Assembly (NCBI GenBank): GCA_017524035.1
Contig: JAFWUY010000013.1
Coordinates: 1 to 63,665, forward strand
Reading direction: 5' to 3'
Length of the DNA: 63,665 nucleotides
From: Lachnospiraceae bacterium
GTDB lineage: Bacteria; Bacillota; Clostridia; Lachnospirales; Lachnospiraceae
Positions 59,709-63,665 of the stretch are shown here, one piece after another. The position numbers and the translations under genes were made by a program. The notes under the pieces are model-generated. The model was not told where the DNA came from. It did no database searches and saw only the letters and a program-made list of their open reading frames with translations. Positions within the stretch are counted from its first letter, which is position 1; the number at the start of each line of letters is the position of its first letter.

Positions 59709-61133
59709 ATGTCCGATGCGGTAAATAAACATAAAAAACTGATCGTATTGATCTCGATCATTTTCGGGCTTCTTCTCCTGACATATATTGCGGTTTCTTT
59801 TTACTTCATGAACAGGTTTCTTCCGAATACCTGGATCTATGGGGTATATGCAACCGGAAGAAGTGCGGAAGCGGTTGCGGCCGAAGCCAATGCCAATATC
59901 AGGTATCCGGATATAAAGATAGTCTGGGCGGACGGCAGTGAATCGGTAATAGATCCCTCATCGGTCGATCTGAATGTGGATCTGAGCAAGGGCGTATATA
60001 ATATAAAAGCCCGCGAGAATGCTTTTCTGTGGCCCAAGGCATTTTTCACTTCGGTATATATAGGAGACGAGACAGAGATATCCTATAACAGCGATAAACT
60101 CAGAGCCGAATTTGAAAAGCTTGATGCCGTATTAAAAGAAAAAAACGATACCCCGGTCTATAAGATCGTATTTGATAAAGAAACCGGATATTCGGTATTC
60201 GACAATCATGCCGGCCGTGTTAACCTTGATAAGGTTCTTGCGGTACTGAACCAGAAGCTTTCGGACGGAACAACACTTCTTGTTCTGGATGATTCGTTCT
60301 ATGTGGATGAGCCGTATACCAATGAGGAAAAAGCTCTTCAGGAAGAATGGGCGGAGCTTTCGGAGTATCTGACCACCGATCTTGTTTACGATATGGGAGC
60401 CGAGAAGATCGCATTCGATCCTTCGGTAATGAGTTTTCTCATCGTTTCAAACGGAGGAATGCCGGTTAAAGACGATAACGGCGAATATATCATAGATGAC
60501 GAAGCCGTTGAAAAATGGGTCGACGATCTTTGCGCAGCATATGACACTTACGGCCTCGACAGGGAATTCAAGGCATCCAACGGAAAAGTAGTCACGATCC
60601 CCGCTTTTTATTCGACCTACGGAACAGAGCTCGATCATGATGCCGAGCTCAGATACTTAAGGGAAGAGCTTTGCTCCGATGCCATAAGAGACGGAGAAGA
60701 GGATGTACATATCCCGAAATATATCCATGAAGCAACCTTCAGGGGACTGAATGATATAGGCGATACCTATATTGAAGTCGATCTTTCCGACCAGTATATG
60801 TATTATTACAAAAACGGCGAGCTGATACTAGAGACCGATATTGTATCCGGTGACATTCCCAAAGGCTGGACAACACCCAGAGGTGTTTTTGCGGTAAACG
60901 GAAAATATACCGATACATATCTGTACGGAAGGGATTATATTGATTTCGTTTCGTACTGGATGCCGTACTTCAGAGGCTACGGATTGCATGATTCGGACTG
61001 GAGGGACGAATGGGGCGGAGATATCTACACCTATGACGGCTCCCACGGCTGTATCAATATGTGCAAGGATGCCGCTCGAACGGTATATGAGAATCTGGAG
61101 ATAGGTACTCCGGTTGTTGTTTACGATTATTAG
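59709..61133 (+). CDS. L,D-transpeptidase (YkuD domain), membrane anchored
   Basis: N-terminal TM helix; YIEVDLSDQ, TPRGVF, GLHD...GSHGCINM. Confidence 0.92.
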   Translation: MSDAVNKHKKLIVLISIIFGLLLLTYIAVSFYFMNRFLPNTWIYGVYATGRSAEAVAAEANANIRYPDIKIVWADGSESVIDPSSVDLNVDLSKGVYNIKARENAFLWPKAFFTSVYIGDETEISYNSDKLRAEFEKLDAVLKEKNDTPVYKIVFDKETGYSVFDNHAGRVNLDKVLAVLNQKLSDGTTLLVLDDSFYVDEPYTNEEKALQEEWAELSEYLTTDLVYDMGAEKIAFDPSVMSFLIVSNGGMPVKDDNGEYIIDDEAVEKWVDDLCAAYDTYGLDREFKASNGKVVTIPAFYSTYGTELDHDAELRYLREELCSDAIRDGEEDVHIPKYIHEATFRGLNDIGDTYIEVDLSDQYMYYYKNGELILETDIVSGDIPKGWTTPRGVFAVNGKYTDTYLYGRDYIDFVSYWMPYFRGYGLHDSDWRDEWGGDIYTYDGSHGCINMCKDAARTVYENLEIGTPVVVYDY

Positions 61134-61254
61134 TTGACTTAAGGCTCCAAAAAGAATATTTTAAAGAGGTTAATAATTTTTCGAAAGTTAGGCGGACGAT
61201 CGATCTGCTTACATAATATATTTGCCGCGATCGCGGTTACTTAGGAGGTAAAAA

Positions 61255-62337
61255 ATGTCAAGAGTTTATAATTTCTCGGCGGGACCTGCAGTATTACCTG
61301 AAGAGGTTCTTAAAGAAGCGGCAGAGGAGATGATGGATTACAAGGGATCCGGTCAGTCCGTAATGGAAATGAGCCACAGATCCAAGGTATACGATACCAT
61401 TATCAAGGAAGCTGAAGCAGATCTCAGGGAGCTTATGAATATTCCTGACAATTACAAGGTTCTCTTCCTTCAGGGCGGAGCTTCTCAGTTCTTCGCAGAA
61501 GTTCCCATGAACATGATGAAGAATAAGAAAGCCGGATATATCATCACCGGACAGTGGGCAAAGAAGGCATTCCAGGAGGCTAAGATCTACGGCGAGGCTG
61601 TTGAACTTGCATCCAGTGCAGACAAGACCTTCAGCTACATCCCTGACTGCTCCGATCTTCCCATCACCGTTGATATGGACTATGTCTATATCTGTGAGAA
61701 CAACACCATCTACGGAACCAAGTACAAGACCCTTCCCAACACCAAGGGAAAGATCCTTGTTTCAGACGTTTCATCCTGTTTCCTTTCCGAGCCCGTTGAT
61801 GTAACCAAGTACGGCGTAATCTACGGCGGTGTTCAGAAGAATGTCGGACCTGCAGGATGTGTTATCGCTATCATCAGAGAGGATCTCATTACCGATGAGT
61901 GCCTTCCCGGAACACCCACCATGCTCAAGTGGAAGACCCAGGCTGACAACGATTCCCTTTACAACACCCCTCCCTGCTACACCATCTATATCTGCGGCAA
62001 GGTATTCAAGTGGCTCAAGAAAATGGGCGGACTTGAGGAGATGAAGAAGAGAAACGAAGAGAAGGCTAAGATCCTTTATGATTTCCTTGATTCTTCCAAG
62101 CTTTTCAAGGGAACCGTCGTAAAGGAAGACAGATCTCTTATGAACGTTCCTTTCGTTACCGGTAACGAAGAGCTTGATGCCAAGTTCGTAAAGGAAGCAA
62201 CCGAAGCAGGATTCGTTAACCTCAAGGGACACAGAACCGTCGGCGGTATGAGAGCTTCCATCTACAACGCTATGCCTAAAGAGGGCGTTGTAAAGCTTGT
62301 AGAGTTCATGAAGAAATTTGAAGCTGAGAACGCTTGA
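61255..62337 (+). CDS. serC: Phosphoserine aminotransferase
   Basis: YNFSAGPA, EMSHRS, FLQGGA, GVQKNVGPAG, GHRTVGGMRASIYN. Confidence 0.97.
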   Translation: MSRVYNFSAGPAVLPEEVLKEAAEEMMDYKGSGQSVMEMSHRSKVYDTIIKEAEADLRELMNIPDNYKVLFLQGGASQFFAEVPMNMMKNKKAGYIITGQWAKKAFQEAKIYGEAVELASSADKTFSYIPDCSDLPITVDMDYVYICENNTIYGTKYKTLPNTKGKILVSDVSSCFLSEPVDVTKYGVIYGGVQKNVGPAGCVIAIIREDLITDECLPGTPTMLKWKTQADNDSLYNTPPCYTIYICGKVFKWLKKMGGLEEMKKRNEEKAKILYDFLDSSKLFKGTVVKEDRSLMNVPFVTGNEELDAKFVKEATEAGFVNLKGHRTVGGMRASIYNAMPKEGVVKLVEFMKKFEAENA

Positions 62338-62361
62338 TCAGCTTATTGAAAGGAGTTTTTC

Positions 62362-63528
62362 ATGTTTAAGATTAATTGCCTTAATCCTATTTCGCAGGTC
62401 GGTCTTGCCGATCTGACCGGTGATTTCCATATTACCGATAAGGTAGATGAAGCTGAGGGAATCCTTGTAAGAAGCGCATCCATGCATGAGATGGAGCTTC
62501 CCGCGGGGCTTCTTGCGGTTGCAAGAGCAGGTGCCGGTGTCAACAACATTCCTCTCGATAAGTGTGCGGAGAAGGGTATAGTTGTATTCAACACTCCCGG
62601 TGCCAATGCAAACGGTGTTAAGGAGCTCGTTCTTGCAGGTATGCTCCTTGCTGCAAGAGATATTGTAGGCGGTATCGAGTGGATCAAGGATAATGCTTCA
62701 GATGCTGATATTGCCAAGACCGCCGAGAAGCAGAAGAAGAATTTCGCAGGAACCGAGATCGCAGGCAAGAAGCTCGGTGTCATCGGACTCGGTGCCATCG
62801 GTGTCAAGGTTGCCAACGCTGCCATCCATCTCGGAATGGAAGTATACGGATACGATCCTTATCTTTCCGTAAATGCAGCATGGAATCTTTCTAGAAATGT
62901 AAAGCATGTTGAGAAGGTAGAGGAGATCTACAAGGAGTGCGATTACATCACGATCCATATTCCCCTTCTTGATTCAACCAAGGGAACCATTAACCGTGAT
63001 GCCATCTCCCAGATGAAGGACGGCGTTGTCGTCATCAACTATGCAAGAGATCTTCTTGTTTCCGAGACCGATATGCTTGAGGCTCTCAAGAACGGCAAGG
63101 TTGCAAGATACGTATCCGATTTCCCCAATGCAACAACTGCAGGACAGCCCGGTGTCATCCTTACTCCCCACCTCGGAGCAAGCACAGAGGAGTCCGAGGA
63201 CAACTGTGCTAAGATGGCAGTAGAGGAGATCATGGACTATCTCAATAACGGAAACATCAAGAATTCCGTTAACTATCCCGCAATCGATATGGGACCCTGC
63301 GACAATAAGGGCAGAGTTGAGGTGTTCCACAAGAACCAGGCCAACATGATCGCACAGTTCACCGCTGTATTCGGAGCAGAGAAGATCAATATCTCCGATA
63401 TGATGAACAAGTCCAGAGGAGATTATGCAGTAACTCTTCTTGACCTCGATGATGTTCCTACCCAGTCTCTTGTAGAGAAGCTCTCAGCAGCTGAGGGAGT
63501 TCTCAGAGTCCGCGTGGTAAAGGGATGA
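62362..63528 (+). CDS. serA: D-3-phosphoglycerate dehydrogenase with ACT domain
   Basis: ARAGAGVNNI, GLGAIG, TPHLGASTEESE, C-terminal ACT domain; follows serC. Confidence 0.93.
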   Translation: MFKINCLNPISQVGLADLTGDFHITDKVDEAEGILVRSASMHEMELPAGLLAVARAGAGVNNIPLDKCAEKGIVVFNTPGANANGVKELVLAGMLLAARDIVGGIEWIKDNASDADIAKTAEKQKKNFAGTEIAGKKLGVIGLGAIGVKVANAAIHLGMEVYGYDPYLSVNAAWNLSRNVKHVEKVEEIYKECDYITIHIPLLDSTKGTINRDAISQMKDGVVVINYARDLLVSETDMLEALKNGKVARYVSDFPNATTAGQPGVILTPHLGASTEESEDNCAKMAVEEIMDYLNNGNIKNSVNYPAIDMGPCDNKGRVEVFHKNQANMIAQFTAVFGAEKINISDMMNKSRGDYAVTLLDLDDVPTQSLVEKLSAAEGVLRVRVVKG

Positions 63529-63547
63529 ATCACTGAAAATAAACATG

Positions 63548-63577
63548 AATGGCACGCCGGAAGGCGTGCCATTTTTT
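63548..63577 (+). terminator. Intrinsic terminator after serA
   Basis: AATGGCACGCC-GGAA-GGCGTGCCATT plus T-run. Confidence 0.88.
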
Positions 63578-63622
63578 ATAAGTGAATACCATCGTATGAC
63601 GGCTTATTACACGGTAACGATC

Positions 63623-63665
63623 TTATTTCTTGTCGTCGTCATCTATATCCTTGAGGGATTCCTGA
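63623..63665 (-). CDS. Probable 3' end of a gene entering from the right edge (...QESLKDIDDDDKK*)
   Basis: Short open frame with TAA at 63625-63623, converging on the serA terminator. Confidence 0.45.
   Translation of the reverse strand, partial: QESLKDIDDDDKK

Noticed and set aside
58028-59709. Missing ilvN after ilvB
   Set aside because: The small subunit can be encoded elsewhere (for example with ilvC); absence from this window is uninformative.
1-63665. CRISPR array, rRNA, IS/transposase, prophage, retron/DGR or toxin-antitoxin genes
   Set aside because: No regularly spaced repeats, no long non-coding gaps and no ORF with such motifs were seen.

Overview
This is a gene-dense chromosomal window, almost all on the + strand, from a low-to-mid GC anaerobic Firmicute. 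Gene content and order (rex-hyp-alr, phoH-7TM/HD-ybeY, leuB-ilvD-ilvB, GH5/GH51 enzymes, zinc-ribbon membrane proteins) suggest a Lachnospiraceae/Butyrivibrio-like fibre degrader; this is inference from recognition, not a database result. It holds about 50 CDS, mostly housekeeping: fcl, icd, rex, alr, yebC, ftsK, fhs-folD, nfnAB, rlmH, nth, pdp, phoH, ybeY, proB/proA, gltX, aroC, tgt, yajC, leuB-ilvD-ilvB and serC-serA. I see no CRISPR array, rRNA, intact tRNA, transposase, integrase, prophage or recognisable defence system, and no clear-cut new multi-gene system. The most notable points are: (1) two near-identical REP-like palindromes 35 kb apart in opposite orientation; (2) two apparently catalytically dead enzyme homologues (GlgX-like and PgpH-like); (3) a GtrB-like GT2 plus GT-C-like membrane protein module directly upstream of ftsK; (4) several single-base lesions (in-frame TGA, GH51 frameshift, Walker A Gly-to-Val, and a possibly artefactual CDP-alcohol transferase/DUF4298 fusion); and (5) candidate regulatory features (GntR operator, Rex box, leaderless ABC-F gene, SD-sequestering hairpin before the UvrD-like helicase).
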